A DNA stretch of 64,000 bases from Candidatus Kryptoniota bacterium (GTDB lineage Bacteria > Bacteroidota > Ignavibacteria > Kryptoniales > JAKASW01), in NCBI GenBank assembly GCA_024641705.1, contig JAHECO010000005.1:98188-162187 (forward strand). Reading direction: 5' to 3'. The notes beneath the pieces were generated by a model. That model was not told the DNA's origin. It saw nothing but the letters and a program-made list of their open reading frames with translations, and ran no database searches. Shown piece by piece: positions 48,715-59,452 of this stretch; the first letter of the stretch is position 1; every line of letters starts with the position of its first letter. A program made the translations under genes and the position numbers.

Positions 48715-50904
48715 TTACAGTACGACCGGCTCGCCTACGGACAAGGATGTCGTCACCTTGAAGGTCGCAAGTGTCGTATTTACGAGATCGTCGAAGGGAA
48801 TGAGACGGTGGCGATCAGTCATAGCCGAAGCAAGGAACGCGCGCACTTCATTCTGAATTCCCTTATCGAGTTTTCCGGTCCCGGCCTTACTTTCCTTACC
48901 GTTGCTGTAGAAATAGGCCTTCTGGAAATTATCCAGAACGGCCGCCCTGTTTCCTGATGTGACCTCTATGCGTTCTTTTGGAAGGGCGGAATCGCCGTTG
49001 GCTATGTACGTTATTATGCCGAGCGACCCGTTCGCCATCCTGAGACTTATGTTCACATTATCGCTGTTCGTCACGGCGGAGCTTCCGCTGCTTATCGATT
49101 CCGCATACACCTTCTGCACCTTCGAGCCCGTCAGGAATTGGATCAGGTCGACGAAATGGCAGACTTCTCCGATTATCCTTCCGCCCCCCTCGGCAGGGTC
49201 CTGTGTCCAGTGATTCTTAGGTATGTAGCCGGCGTTGACCCTGTAGTTGACGACGACCGGCTCGCCCGTGTGCGCGAAGAAGTCCTTTACCTGCCGGCTC
49301 AACGGGGCGAACCTCCGGTTGAAGCCGACCATGAGCAAAGGCATGTTGAGCTCGTCGCTGCCCCTGTAGAATTGAGCCAGTGAGATGAGTCCTTCTTCAT
49401 TCAGGGCAAGCGGTTTCTCCACAAACACATTCTTGCCAGCCTTCAGTGCCTCAAGTGCAAGGGAAGCATGGAGATTATGCCTGGTCGCTATGAAAACCGT
49501 GCCGATCTTTCCGTTCGAGAATATCTCCCGGGAGTCGGTGGTGATCGACCCGAAGCCGAACTGACTCTGCGCAGTCTTTGCGCTTACGCCTGACGCCGTG
49601 CATACCGTTTCGAGGATTACACCTTGAATACTCTTGACGGCCGGAAGAAGATTAGCCCGTGCAAAACTCCCTGCGCCGATGAACCCCACAACGGAAGGAT
49701 TTTTTCTGAACGCCTCCGTTTCCGGAGTGAATACCGTGGCGGCAGGTTTCGTGGGTTCAGCTGGCACGAGTGGGGAAGTTTCCGTGTCATACTCGAGCAG
49801 GATTCCGATATATCTTTCGGTCTTCTTTCCGCTTATTAATTTGTAGGCATGCCCGGCATCGTCGATAGGGAAGCGGTGGGTGGTGAGAGCTTTCACATTG
49901 ACCTTGCGGTCCTTAAGCAGCTGCACGAACTCCTTCATATTCCTGTTCTCTGTCCACCGTACGAATCCTATCGGGTAATCATTCCCATGTTCTTCATAGG
50001 CGGGGTCGTATCTTCCCGGACCGTACGAGCGCGAGAGCTTGAATTCCAGTTCCTTCATGTAGTACGGGCCTCTCGGCATGTTCATTCCGGTCAAGCCTAT
50101 CATGATGACCCGTGAACGGTCCCTTGCTATTTCGCCTGCCAGCGAGAGCGGGTCGCTGGATTTTGTCGCCGCAGCAATAATGACGGCATCGGCTCCGTAT
50201 CCTTCTGTGAAGGAGCCTGCAATCGAAGCGACATCGGCGGACCGCAGGCAAGCCTCGTCTGCGCCGATTTCTCTTGCCAGTCTGACGCTGTCAGGATCCA
50301 TGTCGACTCCGAGTACGCGGCATCCGTTGGCTTTAAGTATTTGAACCGCAAGCAAGCCGACAAGCCCCAGTCCTATGACGACTACATTTTCGCCGAGAGT
50401 CGGTGCGGCCTGGCGAACCCCTTGCATCGCTATGGCTCCGAGCGTCGTGTACGCAGCTTCATCAAGTCCTACTTCGTCCGGGACCTTTACGGCGAGGTTT
50501 CTGGGCACAAAGATTATATCAGAGTGGGTTGCGTATCCGGCCCCCGCACAAGCCACACGGTCACCCGGCTTGAATTCCGAACCCACCGCGTCGACTGCCA
50601 GTACCACACCGGCGGTGCTGTAGCCGAGCCCTTTTCCTGCATCAAGCGTCGTCATCACTTTCCTGTAAGTCGCCATGAAGCCGTTGCGCTTCATTTCCTG
50701 CAGGACTTTCTTCACGTCGTCCGGCCTCGAGCGCGCTTTCTGGAGCAGGTTCTTCTTTCCCATGTCGACGGAGGTCTTCTCCGTTCCGGCGCTGATCAAC
50801 GAGTAGTGGTTCTTGACAAGCAATCCTCCCGATCTCATCGCCGGCGGGGGAAGTTCCTCAACCTTAATTTCTCCGGACTTCATGTTTTGAACGACTTGTT
50901 TCAT
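48715..50904 (-). CDS. bi-domain oxidoreductase (N-terminal MDR/Zn-alcohol-dehydrogenase-like + C-terminal Gfo/Idh/MocA)
   Basis: 729 aa. The N-terminal half has GDRVACAG and GLGLVGLLAVQILKANGCRV (MDR Rossmann fold). The C-terminal half has VGFIGAGSFARANLLP...VFVEKPLAL (Gfo/Idh/MocA). Confidence 0.8.
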   Translation of the reverse strand: MKQVVQNMKSGEIKVEELPPPAMRSGGLLVKNHYSLISAGTEKTSVDMGKKNLLQKARSRPDDVKKVLQEMKRNGFMATYRKVMTTLDAGKGLGYSTAGVVLAVDAVGSEFKPGDRVACAGAGYATHSDIIFVPRNLAVKVPDEVGLDEAAYTTLGAIAMQGVRQAAPTLGENVVVIGLGLVGLLAVQILKANGCRVLGVDMDPDSVRLAREIGADEACLRSADVASIAGSFTEGYGADAVIIAAATKSSDPLSLAGEIARDRSRVIMIGLTGMNMPRGPYYMKELEFKLSRSYGPGRYDPAYEEHGNDYPIGFVRWTENRNMKEFVQLLKDRKVNVKALTTHRFPIDDAGHAYKLISGKKTERYIGILLEYDTETSPLVPAEPTKPAATVFTPETEAFRKNPSVVGFIGAGSFARANLLPAVKSIQGVILETVCTASGVSAKTAQSQFGFGSITTDSREIFSNGKIGTVFIATRHNLHASLALEALKAGKNVFVEKPLALNEEGLISLAQFYRGSDELNMPLLMVGFNRRFAPLSRQVKDFFAHTGEPVVVNYRVNAGYIPKNHWTQDPAEGGGRIIGEVCHFVDLIQFLTGSKVQKVYAESISSGSSAVTNSDNVNISLRMANGSLGIITYIANGDSALPKERIEVTSGNRAAVLDNFQKAYFYSNGKESKAGTGKLDKGIQNEVRAFLASAMTDRHRLIPFDDLVNTTLATFKVTTSLSVGEPVVL

Positions 50905-50913
50905 CAGTTCCTC

Positions 50914-51564
50914 TTATCGTTGGACGAAAACTACGGTTACTTCTTTAGGCCCGTGAACACCTGTAACGAGCTCTTTTTCGATGTCTGCGGTGCGGCTTGG
51001 TCCCGTTATCAGCAGCAAATTACTTCCCTCGAAATTACCGAATCTGTCCGTGAAAAGCTCGTCGAGTGAGCCGAGAAGCTGACGCTCTTCCGCCACGACA
51101 AAAAGGCTTGTGGCCAGGGCGGCAGGAAGGCGCATGTCGGTCTTGATTACAGCACTCCCCGTCTCTGCGATACAGGCGACACAACCGGTTACGGCAGATT
51201 CGAAAGACGCAGCCTCACGCTTGTCGTACCCGCGGCCGAACTCGAGGCCGAATCTTGCTTCCCGCGACTCGGTGAGGAGAGAAGTGAACGTCCCGTATCC
51301 GGTCCTTATGTCGTCGTAGACGAAGATGGCTCCGGTTTTCTTCGCCGTTACGATGTCGGCGAGATCTGTTTCGCTGCCGGCTGTCGCCGCCTCACCGCCG
51401 AGGGCCGACAGCTCTGCCTTGAAGTGCGCGAAGCGTGACGCGAAGTCGGCGTCCGGTTCGGTTAGAAGCGGTGATTTGGCACTCCTGCCGGCGGAAGGTC
51501 TTTCAGTACCGCGCAGGCCGCGCCTGATCGATGCGAGTATCTTCTCCCGGTCGTCTTCTATCAT
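50914..51564 (-). CDS. lutC: LUD-domain lactate utilisation protein C
   Basis: Preferred ATG 51564 (MIEDDREKILASIRRGL) overlaps the lutB stop (ATGA). A LUD/YkgG-like region follows (GCVACIAETGSAVI...). It completes the lutA-lutB-lutC order. Confidence 0.75.
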   Translation of the reverse strand: MIEDDREKILASIRRGLRGTERPSAGRSAKSPLLTEPDADFASRFAHFKAELSALGGEAATAGSETDLADIVTAKKTGAIFVYDDIRTGYGTFTSLLTESREARFGLEFGRGYDKREAASFESAVTGCVACIAETGSAVIKTDMRLPAALATSLFVVAEERQLLGSLDELFTDRFGNFEGSNLLLITGPSRTADIEKELVTGVHGPKEVTVVFVQR

Positions 51565-52940
51565 TTCGCCTTTGCAGATTTGTAGATTTCCCGGAAAGAC
51601 CTGGAGGGAAACCGGGGGAGTTCGCGATGCTGGGTCCAACCTTTTAGAAAGTACCGGAGCAAGGGAGTTTTCGAAAGGCCGCGCGCAATCTTACCTGCGA
51701 GCCTGTATCTTCCCGGCCGCAACATGGCCTTTCTGTAGTTTCGGAAAATGAATCTCTCCACGCCGCCTTTCTTTGCGGATTTGATTTCATGCCGGACCGC
51801 CAGCAGCTGATGATGTATATCTATCCCGACAGGGCACACCTCGGTGCAATTCCCGCAGAGTGAGGAAGCGAAGGGCAGATCCGGTGCATTTTGTTCTCCG
51901 AAATAGAGCGGAGTGACGAGTGACCCGATCGGGCCGGGGTAGACGGAGCCGTACGCGTGGCCGCCTATGTTCCTGTACACGGGGCAGACGTTCAGACAGG
52001 CGCCGCAGCGTATGCAGTGAAGAACCTCCTGGTGGTCTGTCCCCAGGAGGCCGCTCCTTCCGTTGTCCAGAAGGATGATGTGGACTTCCTCAGGACCGTC
52101 TTTCTCATCCTCTGTGCTCGGACCGCGCAGCAGCGAGACATAGCTCGTAATTTTCTGCCCCGTGCTGCTTCGGCCGAGAAGACGCATGAATATCCTCAAA
52201 TCGGAAAACTTGGGTATTACCTTCTCGATACCGGTCACCACGATATGGACTTTCACCGCGGAGGTTGAAAGCCTCGCGTTGCCTTCATTCTCGACTATGA
52301 CGATATCTCCGGTCTCGGCAACAAGGAAGTTGGCCCCCGAGATTCCAATGTCTGCGGACAGGAACTTCTCCCGGAGGACGCGCCTTGCCTCGGCCGTAAG
52401 GAACGCCGGATCGCTGTTGAGCTCCGTTCCCAATTTATCATGGAACAGTCGAGAGATTTCAGTCCTCGACTTATGGATTGCCGGCGTCGTGATGTGAGAC
52501 GGGGTTTCGCCTGCGAGCTGGACGATGTATTCCCCCAGGTCTGTCTCCACCGTCTCTATCCCATTCCTTATAAGGAACGGGGCAAGCCCGATTTCCTCCG
52601 TCACCATGGACTTCGACTTGACGGCGGTCCTGGCGCCGTATCGTCTTGCTATGTCAAGGACGTATGCGTTCGCCTTCTCGGGAGTCTGTGCGTAGAAGAT
52701 CCTGCAATTATTCTTTCTTGCGCTGTCCTCAAACTGGGAAAGGAGGTCATTAAGACGGGAGAGCGATTCCTGTTTGATCTTCTTTGCCTCGTCCTGCAGA
52801 AACTTGAAGTCGACTTCGGCGAACGACTGTCCTCTCTTATCCACGGCTTGAAGGGTAGCCTTGCTGAGGTTGGCGCGGAGTTGAGCGTTGCCGACTTCCG
52901 TCTTATAGAGCGTGCGGAACTTCCGCGATCTTAGTTCCAT
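51561..52940 (-). CDS. lutB: iron-sulfur lactate utilisation protein B
   Basis: 459 aa. Two ferredoxin-type clusters are present (CIRCGACLNVCPVY and CGNCTEVCPVGIDI), plus a LUD domain. Confidence 0.85.
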   Translation of the reverse strand: MELRSRKFRTLYKTEVGNAQLRANLSKATLQAVDKRGQSFAEVDFKFLQDEAKKIKQESLSRLNDLLSQFEDSARKNNCRIFYAQTPEKANAYVLDIARRYGARTAVKSKSMVTEEIGLAPFLIRNGIETVETDLGEYIVQLAGETPSHITTPAIHKSRTEISRLFHDKLGTELNSDPAFLTAEARRVLREKFLSADIGISGANFLVAETGDIVIVENEGNARLSTSAVKVHIVVTGIEKVIPKFSDLRIFMRLLGRSSTGQKITSYVSLLRGPSTEDEKDGPEEVHIILLDNGRSGLLGTDHQEVLHCIRCGACLNVCPVYRNIGGHAYGSVYPGPIGSLVTPLYFGEQNAPDLPFASSLCGNCTEVCPVGIDIHHQLLAVRHEIKSAKKGGVERFIFRNYRKAMLRPGRYRLAGKIARGLSKTPLLRYFLKGWTQHRELPRFPSRSFREIYKSAKAK

Positions 52941-52942
52941 CT

Positions 52943-53713
52943 TCAGCTTCTTTCGGCCGGAAGGCTTTCCGCCATGATTTCTGCGATGTGGGCGAATCGT
53001 TTTGGCAGGCCGGTTCGACGCGCCCGTCCCTGCAGATGCATCAGACAGCTGGAGTCTCCCGACACCATGATATCGGCTCCGGTGCCGGCAAAATTTCTCA
53101 GCTTCTCGTCCGCCATTGCGGCGGATATCTCAGGAAACTTAACCGAGAACGTCCCACCGAAGCCGCAGCAGACCTCAGTGTAGGGTAGCTCGATCAGTTT
53201 CAGGCCTTCGATTCTCCGGAGGATTTTGCGCGGTCCCTCCTTGATGCCGAGCTCGCGAAGTCCGTGACATGAATCGTGGAAGGAAACTGTCGTATTCAGT
53301 TCCCCCTTAAAATTGTCAATGCCGATTATCTTGTCGATGAATTCCGAAAACTCGTACACCCTCTTGCTCAAGTCAAGCGACAGCTTCGAGTACCTTTCGT
53401 CTTCCGAGAACAATTCCGGGTAAGAATTTCTTATCATGGCCACGCACGAACCGGACGGTCCCACGATGTAGTCATGTTTGAAATCGAACTCCGATTTGTC
53501 CGAAACCATCCCGATGAGCGAGTTGACCTCGTGCATTGCCATCAACCTTGCCTCGTCAAAATAGCCGGTGTTATAAGCGGGCTGGCCGCAGCATGTCTGG
53601 CTTTCCGGAAATACGACGTCACAGCCGAGATGCCGCAAAACCTTTAAAGTGCTTACGGCGACATTGGGGAAAAGCTGATCGATGAAGCAGGGGACGAAAA
53701 GATGGACGCGCAT
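52943..53713 (-). CDS. lutA: (Fe-S)-binding CCG-domain protein, lactate utilisation protein A
   Basis: 256 aa. It has two CCG motifs (TCCGQP, VCCGFGG) and the FHDSCH pattern typical of LutA/GlcF-like subunits. Confidence 0.85.
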   Translation of the reverse strand: MRVHLFVPCFIDQLFPNVAVSTLKVLRHLGCDVVFPESQTCCGQPAYNTGYFDEARLMAMHEVNSLIGMVSDKSEFDFKHDYIVGPSGSCVAMIRNSYPELFSEDERYSKLSLDLSKRVYEFSEFIDKIIGIDNFKGELNTTVSFHDSCHGLRELGIKEGPRKILRRIEGLKLIELPYTEVCCGFGGTFSVKFPEISAAMADEKLRNFAGTGADIMVSGDSSCLMHLQGRARRTGLPKRFAHIAEIMAESLPAERS

Positions 53714-53936
53714 TATTTGCAGAATATAAGCCTATCCCCAAATAAATTCAATTTGCCAGGATTGTCGGCGGATTGCCAATATGGCATCCGTTTGTATGTA
53801 ACTGTCAAATCTGAGGGAACCGGGACTAAACGGATCGGCCAATCCACTGCAATTTCGCGTGTTATATCCGGCACATCCGTTGCAAAAGAGATAAGGAAAG
53901 AAACAGGAATTACTTCAAGCAAAGGAGAGATATGAG

Positions 53937-55874
53937 ATGGCAAAAATAATCGGTATCGACCTCGGCACGACGAATTCGTGCGTGGCGGTCATGGAGGGGA
54001 ACACCCCCACCGTGATAGCGAATTCCGAGGGAGTAAGAACGACACCTTCGGTGGTCGCCCAGTCGAAAACAGGCGAATGGCTGGTCGGCGCTCCGGCGAA
54101 ACGTCAGGCCATAACCAACCCACAGAACACCGTTTTCTCAATCAAGAGGTTTATGGGCCGCTTCTTCAACGAAGTGACGGAAGAGATGTCGCGCGTACCT
54201 TATAAGGTAGTAGCGGGCCCCAACAATACTGCGCGCGTCGAGATAGGCGGACGTCAGTACTCACCGCCCGAAATAAGCGCGATGGTGCTTCAGAAGATGA
54301 AACAGACCGCCGAAGATTTTCTCGGCGAGAAAATTACAGAAGCAGTGGTCACCGTCCCGGCATATTTCAACGATGCGCAGCGCCAGGCTACAAAGGAAGC
54401 CGGTGAAATCGCAGGGCTGAATGTCCGCAGGATTATCAACGAACCGACGGCCGCCGCGCTCGCCTACGGTCTGGACAAGAAGAATAAGAATCTGAAAGTC
54501 GCGGTTTATGATCTTGGCGGCGGAACGTTCGACATATCCATACTCGAACTGGGTGAAGGCGTGTTCGAGGTGAAGTCGACGAACGGCGACACGCATCTTG
54601 GCGGCGACGACTTCGACATGAAGATAATGGATTACATTGCAGATGAGTTCTACAAGATGGAGAAGATCGACCTGCGTAAGGATCCGATGGCGCTGCAGAG
54701 GCTGAAGGATGCCGCTGAGAAGGCGAAGATGGAACTTTCATCGCAGCTTCAGACTGAAGTCAATCTCCCGTTCATCACCGCAACGGCGGACGGGCCAAAG
54801 CATTTGAACATGACTCTGACGAGAGCGAAGCTGGAACAGCTCGTGGATGAACTCGTGCAGAGAACGGTACTTCCGGTCCGGAAGGCTCTGGAAGATGCCA
54901 AGCTGACACCGTCGGAAATCGACGAAGTCATCTTGGTCGGCGGCATGACGAGAATGCCCAAGGTCCAGGAAGTCGTAAAGAACCATTTCAACCGCGAACC
55001 TCATAGGGGAGTAAACCCCGACGAGGTCGTCGCAGTCGGAGCGAGCATACAGGGTGCCGTGCTCACCGGCGACATCAAGGACGTCCTTTTACTAGACGTC
55101 ACGCCTCTCTCGCTCGGTATAGAAACTCTCGGCGGTGTGATGACTAGTCTTATCCAGGCTAACACCACGATACCAACCAGGAAGAGCGAGATTTTCTCGA
55201 CGGCTGCGGACAGCCAGACCTCTGTGGAGATTCACGTTCTACAGGGCGAGCGTCCGATGGCGGTAGATAACAGAACACTCGGAAGATTCATACTCGATGG
55301 GCTTCCGCCCGCACCGAGGGGAATCCCCCAGATCGAGGTAACATTCGATATCGACGCGAACGGATTACTGCATGTGGCCGCGAAAGACAAGGCGACGGGC
55401 AAAGAGCAGAGTATCCGCATCACTTCTTCGAGCGGCCTGAGCCGTGAGGAGATCGAGCATATGAAGAAGGCTGCGGAAGAACATGCCGCTGAAGACAAGT
55501 CCAAACGCGACGAAGTGGAGACGAGAAACCAGGCGGACAATCTGGTGTTCCAGAGCAAGAAGCAAATGCAGGAGTTCGGAGATAAGATTCCTGCCGACAA
55601 GAAGAAGGTCCTGGAGGATGCCATACAGAAACTCGAGAGTTCCGCTAAGACTGCTTCGCTAGCACAGTTGAAATCGGAGATAGAAGCGCTGAACAAGGTA
55701 TGGGGGGAGGCTGCTTCCTACATGTACCAGCAACAGGCGCAGTCTGCGGAGCCGCAGCCCGGAGCTGAACAGCCGGGTGGCCAGCAAGAGGGTCCCACCG
55801 AACCGAAAGGGAAGGCGGCGGAGAATGCGGAATACGAGATAATCGATGACAAGGACAAGAAACAACAAAACTAA
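53937..55874 (+). CDS. dnaK: molecular chaperone DnaK (Hsp70)
   Basis: 645 aa. [23 protein letters not shown] and [13 protein letters not shown] are present. AAGGAGAG precedes the ATG. Confidence 0.98.
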   Translation: MAKIIGIDLGTTNSCVAVMEGNTPTVIANSEGVRTTPSVVAQSKTGEWLVGAPAKRQAITNPQNTVFSIKRFMGRFFNEVTEEMSRVPYKVVAGPNNTARVEIGGRQYSPPEISAMVLQKMKQTAEDFLGEKITEAVVTVPAYFNDAQRQATKEAGEIAGLNVRRIINEPTAAALAYGLDKKNKNLKVAVYDLGGGTFDISILELGEGVFEVKSTNGDTHLGGDDFDMKIMDYIADEFYKMEKIDLRKDPMALQRLKDAAEKAKMELSSQLQTEVNLPFITATADGPKHLNMTLTRAKLEQLVDELVQRTVLPVRKALEDAKLTPSEIDEVILVGGMTRMPKVQEVVKNHFNREPHRGVNPDEVVAVGASIQGAVLTGDIKDVLLLDVTPLSLGIETLGGVMTSLIQANTTIPTRKSEIFSTAADSQTSVEIHVLQGERPMAVDNRTLGRFILDGLPPAPRGIPQIEVTFDIDANGLLHVAAKDKATGKEQSIRITSSSGLSREEIEHMKKAAEEHAAEDKSKRDEVETRNQADNLVFQSKKQMQEFGDKIPADKKKVLEDAIQKLESSAKTASLAQLKSEIEALNKVWGEAASYMYQQQAQSAEPQPGAEQPGGQQEGPTEPKGKAAENAEYEIIDDKDKKQQN

Positions 55875-55901
55875 CTGGATAAATATGTGACAATGGCAAG
55901 C

Positions 55902-55937
55902 GGGAGCCGCCCGGCACTCACGGGCGGCCCCGTTTGA
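55902..55937 (+). terminator. stem-loop terminator candidate after dnaK
   Basis: GCCGCCCG (55906-55913) pairs with CGGGCGGC (55921-55928) over a 7-nt loop. The following T tract is weak (CCCGTTTG). Confidence 0.4.
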
Positions 55938-56110
55938 AGACAAGGCCCATACGAAAAGAAGACCAAACACCTGAACCGCAGGCCGCAGATTCAGAGAGTA
56001 ACACGGAGTACTGATCAGGATCTTACCATCGACACTAGCGGCGGACGGAGGAGACTCGGCAGCGCCATAAATTGAATATCTGCCGGAGTCCTGGAGAACA
56101 GAGGCAATAA

Positions 56111-58753
56111 ATGAACTTGAATAAACTGACAATCAAATCACAGGAAGCGCTTGAAACCGCGCAGGCGATCGCGGGCGAAAACTCTCAACAGGCGATCGAA
56201 CCCGAGCACCTTCTGATTGCACTTCTTAAGGACGACGAGGGCATCCCCTCGCTGGTACTCAAGAAGGCGGGCGCCAACATCGAGTATATCCGCGCCAAGA
56301 GCGAAGAGGCCGTTCAGAAATTTCCAAAGGTCAGCGGCGGAGGAATCGCTAATCACTATCTCTCGCAGCCGCTGGCAAAAGCGCTTGATTCGGCCGAAAA
56401 AGAAGCCTCGCAGATGAAGGATGAGTATGTGAGCACGGAGCATCTGCTTCTCGGCCTGCTCGGCGATCGCAGTATAGACGCGTACAAGATCCTGAGCTCG
56501 CAGGGGGTCAACCGCGAGATTGTGTTAAAGGCATTGCACGAGATCAGGGGTACACAGCGGGTGATCGATCAGAACCCGGAAGAGAAATACCGGTCTCTCC
56601 AGAAATTCGGAAGGGATCTGACCGACCTCGCAAGGAAAGGCAAGCTCGATCCGGTCATAGGGCGCGACGACGAGATCAGGCGCGTGTTGCAGGTGCTTGC
56701 GAGGCGAACCAAGAACAATCCGGTTCTCATAGGCGACCCGGGTGTCGGAAAGACCGCTGTCGTCGAGGGAATTGCCAGACGCATCGCAAGCGGCGATGTC
56801 CCGGATGGGCTGAAGTCCAAGAGAATAGTCGAGTTGGACATGGGCAGCCTCGTGGCCGGCACATCCTATCGGGGACAATTCGAGGACAGGCTAAAGTCGA
56901 TCATCAAGGAGGTCGTCGAGTCCGAAGGAGAGATAATCCTTTTCATGGATGAACTCCATACTCTCGTAGGTGCAGGAGCTGCACAGGGTTCCGTGGACGC
57001 ATCGAACATGTTGAAGCCGGCACTTGCCCGCGGCGAACTCCGGGCCATCGGGGCCACGACTATCAAAGAGTACAGAAACCACATTGAAAAAGATCCTGCA
57101 CTTGAGAGAAGGTTCCAGCCGATCATGATAGATGAGCCATCCGTCGAGGACACGATCTCCATACTTCGCGGACTGAAAGAACGGTATGAAATCCACCATG
57201 GCGTCAGGATAACCGACGGGGCGATTGTTGCTGCGGCACAGCTCAGCAACCGGTATATCACAGACCGCTTCATGCCCGACAAAGCGATCGACCTCATCGA
57301 CGAAGCGGCATCGAAGCTCCGTATCGAGATGGACTCGCTGCCTGAAGCCCTTGACGAGGTCGAGAGGAAAACGAAACAGCTGGAAATTGAAAGAGAAGCT
57401 ATCAGGAGAGAGAAGGACGAAGAGTCGAAGAAGCGGCTCGGCATAATCGAGCATGAGCTCGCAGATCTTCGCGAACAGGGCGCCCAGCTTAAGGCTCACT
57501 GGCAGATCGAGAAGGATCTTATACAGACCATCCAGAAGTCGAAAGAAGATATTGAACGCCTCAAGCTCGAGGCCGACAAGGCGGAGCGTGCGGGGGATCT
57601 GGGGAAGGTCGCTGAAATCCGTTACGGGAATATTACGGCGGTTGAAAAAAGACTCAAGGAGTCGACGCAGCGACTTGCCGAAGCGCAGAAGAACAGCAAG
57701 ATGCTGAAAGAAGAAGTGGAAGCAGAGGACATTGCAGAAATAGTCTCGAGGTGGACAGGAGTACCCGTTTCAAGAATGCTCGAGAGCGAGCGAAGCAAGC
57801 TCCTCCACCTGGAAGAGAAAATACACGCTCGTATGGTCGACCAGGAAGAGGCCGTCTCCGCGGTCGCTAATGCCGTGCGGCGTGCAAGGGCCGGACTGCA
57901 GGATGAAAAACGCCCGATAGGATCGTTCATATTCATCGGCTCGACCGGAGTCGGCAAGACCGAACTGGCACGGGCGCTGGCGGAAGCTCTCTTCGACGAT
58001 GAAGACGCCATGGTACGCATCGACATGTCGGAGTACACCGAGAAGTTTTCCGTTTCCAGGCTTACCGGAGCACCTCCCGGATACGTCGGATACGAGGAGG
58101 GAGGCCAGCTTACCGAGGCAGTGAGGAGGAAACCTTATTCAGTGGTGCTCCTGGATGAAATTGAAAAGGCTCATCCGGAGATATTCAACGTCCTTCTCCA
58201 AGTACTCGACGACGGCCGGCTCACGGACAGCAAGGGGAGGACGGTCAATTTCAAGAACACAATCATCATCATGACCTCCAACCTCGGTTCGCAGCTCGTG
58301 CAGCAGAAAATAGAGACGACCAAGGAGCGCGAGAGGGCGGAAATGATGGAGAACCTGAAGAGCGAACTGTTTTCTCTCCTCAGACAGACAATCAAGCCGG
58401 AATTCTTGAACAGGCTCGATGAGATTATCGTGTTCAAACCGCTTACTCGCAACGAGATCAGAAGCATCGTCGATCTTCAGTTGGCCAGGATCATCTCGAG
58501 ACTGAAAGAGAACAACAGCCTCACGCTTGAAGTAACCGAACGGGCGAAACTGTTCCTTGCCGACGCGGGCTACGACCCGCTCTACGGCGCGAGGCCGCTC
58601 AAACGCACCATCCAGAAGTACATATCGAACCCGCTGGCCGAGAAGGTCCTGGCAGGCAACTTCGGGCCGGGGGAGACCGTTGAAGTAGACATTCGCGAAT
58701 CGGGGAAGATAGAGTTCACCAAAGTCAAGGAACAAGCGGAGCCGGTGAGCTAA
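56111..58753 (+). CDS. clpB: ATP-dependent disaggregase ClpB
   Basis: 880 aa. It has a Clp_N repeat, two AAA+ modules (GDPGVGKT and [11 protein letters not shown]) and the long middle coiled-coil. Confidence 0.98.
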   Translation: MNLNKLTIKSQEALETAQAIAGENSQQAIEPEHLLIALLKDDEGIPSLVLKKAGANIEYIRAKSEEAVQKFPKVSGGGIANHYLSQPLAKALDSAEKEASQMKDEYVSTEHLLLGLLGDRSIDAYKILSSQGVNREIVLKALHEIRGTQRVIDQNPEEKYRSLQKFGRDLTDLARKGKLDPVIGRDDEIRRVLQVLARRTKNNPVLIGDPGVGKTAVVEGIARRIASGDVPDGLKSKRIVELDMGSLVAGTSYRGQFEDRLKSIIKEVVESEGEIILFMDELHTLVGAGAAQGSVDASNMLKPALARGELRAIGATTIKEYRNHIEKDPALERRFQPIMIDEPSVEDTISILRGLKERYEIHHGVRITDGAIVAAAQLSNRYITDRFMPDKAIDLIDEAASKLRIEMDSLPEALDEVERKTKQLEIEREAIRREKDEESKKRLGIIEHELADLREQGAQLKAHWQIEKDLIQTIQKSKEDIERLKLEADKAERAGDLGKVAEIRYGNITAVEKRLKESTQRLAEAQKNSKMLKEEVEAEDIAEIVSRWTGVPVSRMLESERSKLLHLEEKIHARMVDQEEAVSAVANAVRRARAGLQDEKRPIGSFIFIGSTGVGKTELARALAEALFDDEDAMVRIDMSEYTEKFSVSRLTGAPPGYVGYEEGGQLTEAVRRKPYSVVLLDEIEKAHPEIFNVLLQVLDDGRLTDSKGRTVNFKNTIIIMTSNLGSQLVQQKIETTKERERAEMMENLKSELFSLLRQTIKPEFLNRLDEIIVFKPLTRNEIRSIVDLQLARIISRLKENNSLTLEVTERAKLFLADAGYDPLYGARPLKRTIQKYISNPLAEKVLAGNFGPGETVEVDIRESGKIEFTKVKEQAEPVS

Positions 58754-58798
58754 ACACGCAGTCGATCTTGCAACATTAACATCTCATTATCTCTTTTG

Positions 58799-58835
58799 AG
58801 TCCGCCCGGTCGAAAACGGGCGGACTTGCTTTTGG
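58799..58835 (+). terminator. rho-independent terminator of clpB
   Basis: A 10-bp stem AGTCCGCCCG / CGGGCGGACT (58799-58808 / 58817-58826) with an 8-nt loop is followed by TGCTTTTGG. Confidence 0.7.
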
Positions 58836-59179
58836 AGCGTGCGAAAAGTTTCTACAGTTTTCCTGTTGCATTGACCGATCTCTTTACATTACATTTCATC
58901 GACGTAGATAGAAGTCAGGTGAAGAGGTAGCAGATCGTCCGCGAGCTGGGTAGCAGCCGCGGAGTACCAGGTAATTCCAAACCATACATAACATAACCAA
59001 GACTAGCGTAAGTCTGTCGAGTAGTTAAGACCGGCTGGATCAGTTGATGGCTCATGCCGGACTGCGCAATTGCGCTGGCCGCATTTTGGCACTTGGCCGC
59101 CGAAGTGGCCGTCCAAGTGTGAAAATTGGCCATTCTTGCGCTGTGCGGAGGGATTTCATTGCTGGCGGGAGAAAAGTCG

Positions 59180-59452
59180 ATGGCGATAATAGTCAGGTCC
59201 ATGCGGAGAGATCGGGGCTCGATTCAAAAAGGTGGCGGGTGAACGAGTAGAGAATGGATTTCAACGTGAATAGTTGACAAGTGAATGCGGAGAGATGCTG
59301 ACTCGATGCGGAAAGATCGATAGTCCATGCAGAAAGATGACGGCGCTCCTTGGAAGGAAGCTGGCTCAATGGATAAAGAAGAGATCTTGATGTCAGAAGA
59401 TAACCTGTTGATTCGAAAAGATAGGATATCGATGTCGTAAGTTGCGACACGG
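59180..59452. repeat. degenerate tandem array with strict 21-nt phasing (box ATGCGGAAAGAT)
   Basis: Box ATGs fall at 59180, 59201, 59285, 59306, 59327, 59369, 59390 and 59432, so every spacing is a multiple of 21. The best boxes are ATGCGGAGAGAT (59201 and 59285), ATGCGGAAAGAT (59306) and ATGCAGAAAGAT (59327). Weaker in-register copies lie at 59222, 59369, 59390 and 59411. Confidence 0.75.

Noticed and set aside
53714-53936. Search for a CIRCE (TTAGCACTC-N9-GAGTGCTAA) operator or a sigma32-type promoter upstream of dnaK. The same search was made upstream of clpB at 55875..56110.
   Set aside because: No CIRCE inverted repeat or CTTGAAA/CCCCAT-like pair is visible. Only weak direct repeats (TTGCCA...ATTGCCA) are present, which I do not consider evidence.
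59044-59250. A 68-aa plus-strand ORF, and the 74-89-aa ORFs across the hairpin repeats (59570..59794, 59755..59979, 60131..60325, 60189..60458, 60250..60531).
   Set aside because: They are read straight through palindromic repeat modules or antisense to the GIY-YIG gene. Their peptide strings (e.g. VMLNEVKHP, SLRSFRMT) are simply translations of the repeats.
59201-59440. Possibility that the in-frame stops of the plus-strand M-R-K-D heptad frame reflect stop-codon recoding.
   Set aside because: All three stop codons (TGA, TAG, TAA) interrupt the frame. Neighbouring genes terminate normally with these codons, so an alternative genetic code is not supported.
59180-59452. Possibility that the periodic array is a CRISPR array.
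   Set aside because: The period is only 21 nt with no alternation of conserved repeat and unique spacer. The units are degenerate throughout, and no cas genes are in the window.
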